Origin: Octopus sinensis | Taxonomy: Eukaryota | Assembly (NCBI RefSeq): GCF_006345805.1 | Contig: NC_042998.1 | Coordinates: 181,536,001-181,600,000, forward strand | DNA length: 64,000 nucleotides | Reading direction: 5' to 3' | Shown here: positions 1-10,910 of the stretch, in pieces | Numbering within the stretch: position 1 is the first letter of the stretch | How the letters are laid out: every line of letters begins with the position of its first letter | Translations under genes and position numbers: made by a program | Notes under the pieces: generated by a model | What the model was told of the DNA's origin: nothing | Databases searched by the model: none | Seen by the model: the letters and a program-made list of their open reading frames with translations, nothing else

Positions 1-636
1 TTTATCCGAGAGCTTGAAGGACAGTTCGAATTACCTTTATTATTTAGTCTGAGAAAGATAGGCAGTATCACGCACAGCCTTTCCAAGCCTTTTAAGACAA
101 GTGAGATCGATATAGTTGCTGCATAAATTTAAAACTGCTTCAAGGTCAATAATATTGAGGAAAATATTAGCATTGAGGTTGTCCCAGAGTGCTGAAATTT
201 TAATGACGAATATTAACCAAAGTATTTATTGCGACTTTCCATAACTGAGGTACAATAGGAAAGGCTTCGGTAGTGATCTAAAGATCAAAGACAAAAGACA
301 TATCCTGGTGGTAAACTAATAAACAGAGTGTGTTGAAGAGTGAAAGTTTGCTTATCAGTCACTGGAGCAAGTATTTTTTTCAGATATTTCCAGTCTATAT
401 CTAATTTATTTAATCTTACAATTAGGAGAGATGTTTATCTTCCATGCAGGCAAACATAATAACCATATGATTGCTGAAATCAATATCTAATGTTTTATGT
501 AATGAAATTGTGCATGTAAGAAGTCCTTATCACTTTGATAACAGCTTGACAGAAAGATTTTATAAATTACGAAGTTTGACCAAACTCATGTTTATAGGTA
601 GAATATGTATGATGTAAAGTCCTTCTCCAGAGGAGT

Positions 637-1616
637 TGGTTGGCATCCTTTTTGTCTCGGGAGACAATGGAGTTGCGCATAAAATAGTCCAGTCCGGCTT
701 TTACATTTCATGTCCTGATACATTTCCTGCTGTGGCTGTGTAGTCCTATCCTGGACAAACACTCCCTCTGGCAGGTACTGCAAATGTAGCGAAGACTGTT
801 CCTGGCTGTTTGTAATGCTATAGTTTCTTGTTGACGTCTTTTCTTGTCTTTCCATTTCTCCTCTCTCTCTCCCTCTGTCACTCCTTTGTATTCCCTCTCT
901 TACGGTACGTCGCCAGTCTCCACGGTTGCCGGCAACTGCCTCCCAACCGCTAATATTGATGTTGCAGGCCTTCATGTCCCTTTTGCAAACATCCTTGTAA
1001 CGTAAGAACGGTCTACCCACAGACCTAGTACCCCTAGCAAGCTCTCCGTAGAGTATGTCCTTGGGGATTCTGCCATCTTTCATATGGCTAACATGCCCAA
1101 GCCATCTCATACGTCTTTGTGTGAGGAGTGCAAACATGCTTGGTATTCCTGCTTGCCTGAGGACATCTTTGTTGGGGATATGATTCTGCCATTTGATGCG
1201 GAGGATTTTTCGGAGGCAGCGCAGGTGAAAGATGTTTAGGCGACGCTCTTGGCGTGTGTATAGCGTCCAAGTCTCACTTCCATACAGTAGAGTGCTAAGT
1301 ACACATGCCTGGTAGATCTTCCTTTTCGTGGTCTTGGTCAGCTTATTGTTGTCCCAAGCCCGTTTGGAGAGTTGGGCCATCGCAGCAGCTACCTTGCCAA
1401 TGCGTATATTGAGCTCAGCGTCAAGGGATAGGTTGTAGGTGACGGTAGAGCCCAGATAGGTAAACTTCTCCACCTCTTGTAATCTGTGGTCTCCAATATG
1501 TATGTTTGGGATGTCCGATGTAGCCTGACCCATGATGTTGGTCTTCTTAAGGCTGATAGCTAAGCCAAAGTCGTTACATGCTTGCTCAAAACAGTTAATG
1601 AGCCTTTGGAGGGCTA
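637..1616 (-). mobile_element. 5'-truncated RTE-clade (BovB-like) LINE with 12-bp TSD
   Basis: Minus ORF reads LQRLINCFEQACNDFGLAISLKKT...FTYLGS...LLYGSETW...RWLGHV...GRPFLRYKD. After a frameshift in the (CT)n at ~858-872 it continues to CSTCQRECLSRIGLHSHSRKC. Direct repeat CTCCAGAGGAGT at 625-636 and 1617-1628. Confidence 0.93.
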
Positions 1617-1999
1617 CTCCAGAGGAGTAGCACAGTAATTTATGATTCTGTGTTCAAATACAGCCAAAGTTAATAAGGTTTCTTTAAGTATATGCTATAC
1701 ATCCATAGGACGTCAGGGTAATTAGATGAGTTAATGTTTATTGAATGTTGAACTTGATCTCTTTTTGTTTAGTAGATCACATCTCAACAGAAATTCAAAT
1801 AGAAACAGCTCTGAGAACAATAGAGTTTAACATGACATTTTGGGATGGAAAGAATAGTTGAGAACACGAAAAGGAAGAGAGTACTGTAGTGTGAATCATA
1901 TGTTTAGTATCAAGTATTGAAATGGCTGCGTGTATATTATTAGAAGAATTCTTACAAACAAGAAGAATAAATTTAAGAACTATATATTTACTACATAAT

Positions 2000-2640
2000 T
2001 TTTTTTCATTGGTTGTCGATGAAACATAATCAAAATGCAGAATCTAGTTGAATGAAGTAATCTATGCAAGAAAGTTCAGAAATGTAGAAATAACAGCTAA
2101 GTGGTGGTTTTCAGTCATGTGGCATAGAGAAATAGACAGGCATAACAACAACATGAATAGCTCAGAGTCTAGTCGATTAAGAAGCAAAGAGCAGGGCAAG
2201 CAAACTGTTTTTACTAATGGAACGCTACGCATTCTAGAAACTTCCAAGAGAAACGCGAAGCTTCTTGAATAATTAAGAATTACTTCTCCTGACATAGATG
2301 TTTCGAGAAACTTATTAAAGGGAGATTACTCTATAAAACTTTTTGCAAGATAGATCATTCAACTATTTTAACTACAGACCACAAACTGCTACAGAACTCA
2401 CCTAAAAGGGGTGGGGGATAATTGTATAAAGTTCAGAACAGCAGATACTATCCAAGTAATTGATAAAAGAAAAAGAATAGTAAGATAGGACAAGACTTAT
2501 TAATAAGTCAGTGGCTGGAGACTATAAAAATTAAGGAGATTTGATCTTATCATATTGCTCGATGAAGTATCTGAAAGTAGAATAAGCAATCAAAAGAAAA
2601 TGAGATCTGTTAACATGGATCTGAATGCCAAATGACTTTG
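2000..2640 (+). mobile_element. Highly degenerate LINE remnant (probable APE endonuclease C-terminus)
   Basis: Broken frame containing TDHKLL (SDH motif) near 2375-2392, with many stops. Boundaries are vague. Confidence 0.3.
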
Positions 2641-2940
2641 AATGATAAACAGGGTATTCGCATGCCGTAGATTTGGTCAATACTGCTCACTGGAGACAAT
2701 TCAACAACAACAATAGCAGCAACAATAATAACATCGATAAAACAAGTCCGTGCTAGAGCTTCAATTTGGTCGCTTTACGTACTAACAAAAAATCAAATCG
2801 TAGGTAAATTACTGTCTTTATAAAAAGCAAGTACATATTATATAAATGTAAGTCTACGTACACTGAAAAAATGTGGAGGTCACTGTTAGAACGTCTTTGG
2901 TCATAAGCTTGCTTAATCTGAGCTGTATTAGGACTAAACA

Positions 2941-3352
2941 AGGATCTTTTCGGTTTGACCAGCAGTTTTTAACATAATTTCTAGGTAAATAAAAAATTTT
3001 AAACTTCATATATTGGTAGAATGTGTTTATAAAACATCTTTTTCTCTTGGCTTTATTGAGAAAATTATATAGTTTGTAAGATATTTGTTGTTTTTTTCTT
3101 CAATTTCTGCAATTTCAACCAATCACTGACGTCTATTGAGGTAAAAAAAACATTCTGTGCCGTATGAATATGTCCCTCGTTTAAGAAACAGATTGGGTTT
3201 ATTTACATTTCTGAAGAAAAAAAGATACCCTTCCCCCACCCCTAACCCTAAAACAGATTGAAATGCAATAGATCGATACTATGGTCATAATTATGGGTGA
3301 CAATTTCATAGACACCGCTAGAAAAAACTGCCGTTCAAACCGAAAAGATCCC
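2941..3352. mobile_element. Non-autonomous DNA transposon (MITE), ~30-bp TIRs, 6-bp TSD
   Basis: Left end AGGATCTTTTCGGTTTGACCAGCAGTTTTT; right end AAAAAACTGCCGTTCAAACCGAAAAGATCCC. TAAACA flanks both sides (2935-2940, 3353-3358). Confidence 0.85.
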
Positions 3353-3562
3353 TAAACAATAATAAAAACAACAAATCCAGACTAACGTTTATTAACTCTT
3401 ACTATCTCCGTACAGCAACAATTCAGAGCCTTGACGATATTTCCAAATTATATTCTTCAAAATTTTATTACGATTTTCTTTTCCTTTTTTTACTTCTTTA
3501 TATTTAATCATTTATATTTTCTAAATCATATTAATATATTTCTTTTTGAATTTTATTAAAAG

Positions 3563-3625
3563 ACAAATGGAGGATAAAATGGCTGAAGAGAATTCTAAAG
3601 AATTACAGAAAGAAAGAGGAGTTCG
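3563..3625 (+). CDS. Internal exon of an unidentified coiled-coil protein (QMEDKMAEENSKELQKERGV)
   Basis: AG at 3561-3562 and GTAAG at 3626; 63 nt; phase 2 at both ends, joining the 4843 exon in frame. Confidence 0.7.
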
Positions 3626-4110
3626 GTAAGAATAGTAAATCAATTCTAACGAACTAGACTATGAAGAGTGCATGTGATCATGAAAGTAAAGAAATGTTCC
3701 TGCTTTAAGCTAATTCATTATACTTGCGCTACCATTTCCTATGAAAAAGCATGAATGTTACAAACCTTTATATATAACCATGGAAACCAAGAATTAAAAT
3801 ATTTTCAAATGTTGTTAGCACATCGGATAAAATATCTTACCGTATTTAATCCCAGACCCATTGTATACAGTGTTCAAATCTTATGAAGGCCAACTTTGCT
3901 TTGCTTTTTATCCATTTTTCGATCAATAGAAGCAGTAATCAATTAATAGTGATACTTTCCAGCTTCTTCAAACAGAAAAAGAAAAAAACAGAGTCTACTG
4001 CTGAGAATACCAAGTTGCCAACAATAGGCACAACAAGAAATATAACAATTAATAGAAACTTACGAACACATTCCAACAATATATTTTCAGTAACAGACGG
4101 ACGAAATCCT

Positions 4111-4526
4111 TCTTTCTTTACTACCCACAAGGGGCTAAACACAGAGAGGACAGACAAGGACAGACGAATGGATTAAGTCGATTACATCGACCCCACTGCG
4201 TAACTGGTACTTATTTAATCGACCCCGAAAGGATGAAAAGTAAATTCGACCACAGCGAAATTTGAAATTAGAACGTAAAAGCAGATGAAATATCTATTTC
4301 TTTACTACCCACAAGGGGCTAAACACAGAGAGGACAAACAAGGACAGACAAACGGATTAAGTCGATTATATCGACCCCAGTGCGTAACTGGTCCTTAATT
4401 TATCGACCCCGAAAGGATGAAAGGCAAAGTCGACCTCGGCAGAATTTGAACTCAGAAAGTAACGGCAGACGAAATACGGCTACGCATTTCGCCCGGCGTG
4501 CTAACGTTTCTGCCAACTAGCCGCCT
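4111..4526 (-). mobile_element. tRNA-derived SINE dimer (Nin/Deu-like core)
   Basis: Two head-to-tail units containing CGACCCCGAAAGGATGAAAG..AAGTCGACCTCGGC(A/G)GAATTTGAACTC (reverse B-box plus core). Same family at 6339 and 37475. Confidence 0.85.
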
Positions 4527-4842
4527 TTTAACATAAAATGTCGTGAGTCCTGTTGGGATTGTCAGAAATGAAGTAAGCGCCCCAATTTTTCTATCCTCAA
4601 TTACAGTGGTTCAGCTGCATGCATCGATGGCCAGCCGCTTCATTTTCATTTTAGCCTTTCCTCTTAGCATTTCTTAGCATTTCAAGTTCTACTCAGATTT
4701 TTCATGCATCTTAGACTGCTGTGTGTTGCCTGCTCTCCACATTAAACATGCTAGGACCAACTGAATTATATATTTATAAACAACACAATTTGTCCACAAG
4801 AACAAACAGAATATGAATGAAACTATTCTCTATTTTTTTTAG

Positions 4843-4993
4843 GGCAGCAACTTCTATCTTACTTCATAGTTTACTAGACAAAAGACATAAGAATGAGATG
4901 AACGCTTTGGAAAAGTCAATGAAATCAGAAATTGAGTCTTACAGCAGAGAGCTTAATGCAAGTATGGAACGACAACTGGATAACAAACTAATG
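4843..4993 (+). CDS. Internal exon, coiled-coil protein (RAATSILLHSLLDKRHKNEMNALEKSMKSEIESYSRELNASMERQLDNKLM)
   Basis: Poly-T AG acceptor at 4841-4842, GTAAG donor at 4994; 151 nt; open heptad-rich frame. Confidence 0.85.
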
Positions 4994-5264
4994 GTAAGAG
5001 ATTTCTTTTCAAAGTTGTATAAACACACACACACATACACACATTCTGATACATTTATAAATACAATTTAAATCAACAATTAATACAGAATTACATTAAA
5101 ATTACAATTTTCATACATTCGTATAGATAGATGTGTGTGTGTGCATGCCTACGTGCGTACTTATATTATTATTACCATCATTGCCATTGTCAGAATTTTA
5201 ACTTCCATTTTTTCGCGCTTACATGGATTAGACATACACACATACATACACACACATACATGCC

Positions 5265-5265
<1 letters not shown>

Positions 5266-5350
<85 letters not shown>
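5266..5350. repeat. (GATA)n microsatellite
   Basis: Direct reading. Similar tracts at 9641-9730, 13520-13627 and 16348-16400. Confidence 0.98.
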
Positions 5351-5842
5351 CCATACAATATATGCATACATATACATCATTTCTAATGAGTAAGCAAAAT
5401 AGTACTCAATACATGGTATACAGTATGAATATATTTACGCAGCCGTTACTTCGAGTTTCTCAAATGTTCAATCAATAAGCAGCCACATTGGTCTGTAATA
5501 GAAATAGTCCGTAATAGAAGCCATGCTTTATGTAATGACATTGTGATACCATTATTTTATTGGTTATCATAGACCACGTTATGCATATGTAAGGGGCTAA
5601 TAATTCTCAACAGGAAAGGAATGTATTTTTCGCATGGAAAGATAATTGCATTTGACTTAATCACATAATTCAATATTAAGCATAGCAGGTATCTACACTC
5701 TTGTCTATGCAAATGTGTGTGTCTGTCTGTCTGTCTGTCTTTGTTCTTCATTGTATCAAGACATCAAAGAAACTCATCTCTGTTGCTGGATGACTGGCGA
5801 TAAGGAAAATGATGCAAAAATGACATTTAGATAAAAATACGA

Positions 5843-5860
5843 AAACACACGCACACACAA

Positions 5861-5911
<51 letters not shown>

Positions 5912-5987
5912 TATACATACATACATACATACATACATACATACATACATACATACATACATACATACATACATACATACATACACG
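5843..5987. repeat. (CA)n/(CATA)n compound microsatellite
   Basis: Direct reading; source of several spurious ORFs. Confidence 0.97.
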
Positions 5988-6040
5988 ATTTAGACACACA
6001 GAGAATAAAGGATGTATTATTTCTGAAAACTTGATTCCAG

Positions 6041-6131
6041 GAACAGAAGCAATCATTTTTAATGCAGTTGGCTGTAATAAGTGATCTTTCTAACGAAGAA
6101 ATCAATGCCGTTATAGAAGAAACTCTCTCAG
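6041..6131 (+). CDS. Internal exon, coiled-coil protein (EQKQSFLMQLAVISDLSNEEINAVIEETLS)
   Basis: TTCCAG acceptor ending at 6040, GTAAT donor at 6132; 91 nt; phase 0 in, phase 1 out, matching both neighbours. Confidence 0.8.
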
Positions 6132-6257
6132 GTAATTTTTCATCTTAAACAAGACAATCTTATCTAGCAAAGAATGAATAATCTTAGATCTTAAAGTTTT
6201 GCTTTAAAATAACTTACTTTTTATCTAGTTATATAAAAAAAAAACCTTTATATTTAT

Positions 6258-7125
6258 GCGTGTAGCACCCTCTCTGTGATTCGCCTGGGTAATTTGGAGT
6301 TCCAGACCTTCTTTAGTTTGTGACAGGTTGTCCATGCTAGAAGGCGGCGAGCTGGCAGAATCGTTAGCACGCCGGACGAAATGCTTAGCGGTTTTTCGTC
6401 TGCCGTTACGTTCTGAGTTCAAATTCCGCAGAGGTCGACTTTACCTTTCATCCTTTCGGGGTCGATAAATTAAGTACCAGTTACGCACTGGGGTTGATGT
6501 AATCGACTTAATACCTGTCTGTCCTTGTTTGTCCCCTCTGTGTTTAGCCCCTTGTCGGTAATAAAGAAATAGGTATTTCGTCTGACGCTGCGTTCTGAGT
6601 TCAAATTCCGCCGAGGTCGACTTTACCTTTCATCCTTTCGGGGTCGATAAATTAAGTACCAGTTACGCACTGGGGTTGATGTAATCGACTTAATCCGTTC
6701 GTCTGTCCTTGTTTGTCCCCTTCTGTGTTTAGCCCCTTGTGGGTAGTAAAGAAATAGGTTGTCCATGCTTCTACCTTCTTGATCTTGACGGCTGCTTCCT
6801 CAGTGCTCATCTAACCACCTAAGTACTTGAAGTTTTTCAACATTCAACTTGGAACCGCACAAAGCAAACAGTTCAGCATTACTTGATTAGTTGAAAGACA
6901 TGTAACTCGGTTTTTCTTGACGTTTGTATGCAGTCCAATTTTGGCAACTGATGTTTCTATTATATGGCAGTGAAACATGGATACTGACAAAGAAATTATC
7001 AAACCGGCTATATGGCTGCTACGCAAGCATGCTACGAATGACCTTAAATGTGAAATGGCAGCAACATATGACAAACAAATTACTTTATGGAGATCTGCAG
7101 AAAGTTAGCGAGAAAATCAGGCCAT
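6258..7125. mobile_element. RTE LINE fragment with inverted 5' segment (twin priming), interrupted by a SINE
   Basis: Minus strand 6965->6258 reads SVAKIGLHTNVKK..FKYLG..AWTTCHKLKKVWNSKL..VL. Plus strand from ~6957 continues LLYGSETWILTKKLSNRLYGCY..MLRM. Confidence 0.8.
6339..6755 (+). mobile_element. tRNA-derived SINE dimer (Nin/Deu-like core) with 14-bp TSD
   Basis: Head GGCGGCGAGCTGGCAGAATCGTTAGC, B-box GAGTTCAAATTCC present twice. TSD AGGTTGTCCATGCT at 6325-6338 and 6756-6769. Confidence 0.9.
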
Positions 7126-7151
7126 AATAATAATAATAATAATAATAATAT

Positions 7152-7368
7152 AAAAAGATTGTGCTGACAGGTATTGTCCACATCCTTAGGAAAATCCTAT
7201 CAGTTTAAATGTCTGTGATGTATTACATGAAGATATTTCGCGACTGCCCTCCCACTTCTTCTCCCCAAGCTTTCTCTAACACTGTATCATCTCTTATCCT
7301 TCACTCGCCCTAGGACACTGGGTGTGTCTCGGCAGGTGATTGTAACAAACATGCAGATTAAAAATAAT
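7152..7368 (+). mobile_element. 3' end of an R4/Dong-like non-LTR element next to an (AAT)n tract
   Basis: KKIVLTGIVHILRKILSV* resembles the R4-clade C-terminal QKxVLLGTAHILRKxL. It follows (AAT)n, and Dong elements are known to target TAA repeats. Confidence 0.55.
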
Positions 7369-7413
7369 GAAGAAGAAGAAGAAGAAGAAGAAGAAGAAGA
7401 AGAAGAAGAACCA

Positions 7414-7485
7414 TGGGCATATGGCGTAGTGGTTAAGAGCGCGGGCTACTAAACCCAAGATTCCGAGTTCGATTCCAGGCAGTGA

Positions 7486-7524
<39 letters not shown>

Positions 7525-7690
7525 CAACAACAGCAACATCGAAAAATACCTTACGAATGAGAACCCAAGTTCGAAATTGCCTCAAGACACCTGATGAAGG
7601 CTGGAGGGTATATCAACCGAAACGTTGTGTTAACAACAAACAAGATGAGGACAAATATCCGTCAAATGTAAATAATGTAAATAATGTAGA
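7414..7690 (+). mobile_element. tRNA-headed SINE-like element with internal (AAT/AAC)n, hammerhead-like tail and TGTAAATAA tandem end
   Basis: A-box TGGCGTAGTGG 7422-7432, B-box GAGTTCGATTCC 7465-7476, CTGATGA..GAAAC at 7591-7623. Confidence 0.75.
7586..7631 (+). ncRNA. Minimal type I hammerhead ribozyme motif (candidate)
   Basis: Stem I GACAC/GTGTT; core CTGATGA; stem II GGCTG/CAACC (one mismatch); GAAA; palindromic AACGTT in place of stem III; GUU cleavage triplet. Confidence 0.55.
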
Positions 7691-7913
7691 ATTTATAGAG
7701 TAATGATGAAAATATCTTGTCATACTTTGTTACATCTATTGTAATCAGAATCCAAATCCTTTAGCAGCCAACCTAACCTCCCATTCTACCGAAGTCAACA
7801 GTACGAGGGTTGATTTAATTGAAATTGCCCTTCCACATCCCAAAAATATGTGGGTTTGTGCCAATGTTAGATATCTTTCTATTCACCTTAACTTTGTAAC
7901 TCATTATATAAAA

Positions 7914-8178
7914 GCGAATACAGAAGGCAAAAATTCAGATGGGCTGGACACGTCACTCGGTTCACCGACAATCGGTGGACTCGCGCAGTTGTCGAGTGGT
8001 TTCCGCACGAGCGGAAAATGCCGCTCGGAAGGCCTCCAAAACGGTGGATTGACGAAATACAAGTGTTTGGAGCTACGTGGATGAGGAAGGCACGATCCAG
8101 AGAGGAATGGATGGCGTGCTGCGACCAGCGGCGTGGAAACGACGCCCAAAAGTCTGGTCGGTCAAGGTGATCAAGGTG
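7914..8178 (+). mobile_element. Short 5'-truncated RTE-1-type LINE with 8-bp TSD
   Basis: Open frame RWAGHVTRFTDNRWTRAVVEWFPHERKMPLGRPPKRWIDEI; tail (TCAAGGTGA)2; ATATAAAA at 7906-7913 and 8179-8186. Confidence 0.85.
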
Positions 8179-8978
8179 ATATAAAACCCAATTTTATCAC
8201 TGACAAAGAAATTATAGTATAAATAATTTTTTTCTTAGAACAATAATTTATAGTTGGCATCCACTCTTTTTGTTCGAATAAGTTTTCTCATACTCTTTCT
8301 TCTCTCTTTTACTTTTTCTTTTTCCTTTCTTTCCCTAACACCTACCTTTCTCCTTACTTTTTTTTCTCCCTCCCCTATCTCTGTCTCCTCTCTGTTCTTC
8401 TTGTTCTGTCCTTCCCTTTGTGACAAAGATGTGTCTCTTCCTAACATGATGAAGACAGATTGTCTAAATATTCGAAAATAATGTCAGTAAATGTCTAAAT
8501 GTCTAAATGTGGACCAGTTTCTCTCAGGTGAATGAGACGCAAATCATCTTTTGGTTACAATACCAGTTTCTCTCACGTGACTTCATTAGAAAATCAAAAA
8601 ACCATTTGCATATCCATCATCTTGTATAAGTGACATGTTTAGAATTAATTGCACTACAAAAATGCATAGCAATTTGTTTTTTGTGGATTTGAACTCAAGG
8701 CCTACCTTATCCATTTACCATTTTGGCTCAGTCTTTTAGAAACTTAAACTTCCCTGAACAAAAAAAAAACAGTAGTATCATCAATAAAAGTGCCAAGATA
8801 ATCAATACACGTGGAGCAATTATTCACAATCATAGAAATTCTTCAACCAAAATAACTGTGCAAATTGACAATTTTTCAACATACTTGTTTGATTTTGCTT
8901 AAAAATAAAAAGAAAAGAAAAATTACTCACCTAAAACATGGAAACTAACTTTTTGTTTATTTAAAAATTTATTTTCAG

Positions 8979-9082
8979 AAACCAAAGGTGATAAAATTGC
9001 AAAAGACAAACTCAGTAAAGAACTTCAGAAAGAATTAGAAAAAGCAAAATCTAATTTAGAAAATGAAAATTCGGGAGAATGA
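8979..9082 (+). CDS. Terminal exon, coiled-coil protein (ETKGDKIAKDKLSKELQKELEKAKSNLENENSGE*)
   Basis: TTTTCAG acceptor ending at 8978; phase 1 matches the previous exon; TGA at 9080-9082. Confidence 0.8.
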
Positions 9083-9192
9083 ATCACTGTCAAAAGACAT
9101 CACTGATTCTCATTGATCATGTTCTTGTCCTTGCTATTACTTGCAGAAGGCTGAGGCACACATACGCATAGAACCAAAAGTATTACTTTTTG

Positions 9193-9198
9193 AATAAA
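9193..9198 (+). promoter_or_regulatory. Candidate polyadenylation signal of the plus-strand gene
   Basis: AATAAA ~110 nt after the stop codon. Confidence 0.45.
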
Positions 9199-9662
9199 CA
9201 TGCATTTGATACCATACACTGTAACTCTGTGAAATTGAATAGTTGTCAAAATTGACAAAACACTTCTCTAAACTTATCCTTTTAAACCATCATGTTACTC
9301 TAAATAATTGTGTAGATCAGAACATGGTAATAAATTAAATACAATATAAATGCGTTTATTATAAACTTAAGTCAACATTTCAGAACTAGATGAAATATAA
9401 AGGTAACTTTTTTTAAAAAAGAAACTGTGGTAGATACTCAAATATACGAGGGAGGGGGCACGAGCGCGTGCGTAAGACCGGGACCATCTTTCAATTAAAA
9501 AGAGTTTCGTTGGCCCAGAACAATAGTAGCCCAAAATTCCACAGACTGAGAGTAACTACGAAATCATGTGGTTGAGGAATTAACTTCTTAACTACATTCC
9601 TGTACATAAACGTGTGTGGGTATGGGTATGTGTGTGTGTTTAGATAGATAGATATATAGATG

Positions 9663-9731
<69 letters not shown>

Positions 9732-10107
9732 GTGAAGAGTAAAGTTTAAGGTATTAACCTACTCCATGGTTTACAATTGTTTCAACAACTTGCAGGTGAC
9801 CAATCACACATCATTTCTATAGACATGGACGATAACGACGATTTAGTCATGCATATTGTGTAATGTGTATTACAGAACTAGTAGTCGTACATTAAGAACC
9901 GTTTGGAGAAGATAACATGTAGAACGATTTGGCCGCTCCGCTTAAACAGTTGAATGTGCACATGCACACGGATATATATCTGTATGCATTTGTACCGATT
10001 GTAGACACACGTAAATAGGTGTTTGTATTTATGAGAAAGACTGTATATTTACGTACGTGTGTATATACGTATGTATATAGAATGATGTGTGTGTATATTT
10101 ATATGTA

Positions 10108-10711
10108 GGTACCATTAGACATTCAATTTATCTGAAAACCATTTGCACATCTGCATTCGTCTATCAGGGTCGTCTTCATTTAAGTGATGCAATATCTGTA
10201 GTTTGTAAGGATGAAACTTTTCCTCGGCCAGGATTTTGTGGATGGTTGATTTTGGAATACCTAACACCATGGATGTCCGACGAATTGATTTCTTTGGGCT
10301 AGCAGAAACCTTGGCCATGACAGCCTCTTTCGTTTCATCTGAAGTCTTTGGTCGCCCGGAACGGGGTTTATCCAAAACACTGCCAGTTTCTTTAAACTTT
10401 GTGATCAATTTCCCGACGGCAGTAAAATAAATAGGTTGCCTGTAAGGGTGTCGAAGATTAAATTCTTCCGCAATTTTGCGATAAGACCATCTCTCTCGTC
10501 CACTTAAGAGTACTAACTCGATTCTTTCTTCTTTAGACAGAGCCATCATTCGATCTGGATAGAAAAAAAAACATAAATAAATTTATAAAAGTAAAGTACT
10601 TTTTCATTTAATTTAAACAAAAGTAAAAAAGGAAAATTATTATCTCTTATATTTAATTGTTTATGTTATGATTTTATTTACTCCATGTACCCAGACTTTG
10701 TGGACACCCTG
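10108..10711 (-). mobile_element. Truncated Tc1/mariner element (rosa/maT-like), N-terminal transposase half plus one TIR
   Basis: ORF 10549-10115 has KFKETGSVLDKPRSGRP..SPKKSIRR..IPKSTIHKIL..FHPYKLQILHHL. Terminus TA-CAGGGTGTCCACAAAGT at 10713-10695. No catalytic domain. Confidence 0.85.
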
Positions 10712-10910
10712 TATGTGTGTATATATATATATGTGTGTGTGTGCGTGTGTGTGTGTGTGTGTATGTGTGTGTGTGTGTGTGTGGTGTGTGTGTGTGTGTG
10801 TGTGTGTGAATTTAAAATGAGGGTGAGAAATTAGATATTAATTTAATTAACATCGATTTCACACCAGTGGTCTAGCATATAAAAAAACTGAAGGTTCAGT
10901 AAAATTGTAT

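Noticed and set aside
1-340. Possible CR1-like remnant at the left edge
   Set aside because: Motif similarity is too weak to support a call.
3240-3251. Telomeric CCCTAA repeat
   Set aside because: Only two units, internal to a MITE.
7414-7480. Functional tRNA gene (also heads at 6340, 19050, 19600, 35593)
   Set aside because: A and B boxes are present but the acceptor stem and cloverleaf are incomplete and each runs into a SINE body.
7294-7539. Poly-Leu/poly-Phe membrane-like ORF
   Set aside because: Antisense reading of (AAT)n and (GAA)n tracts.
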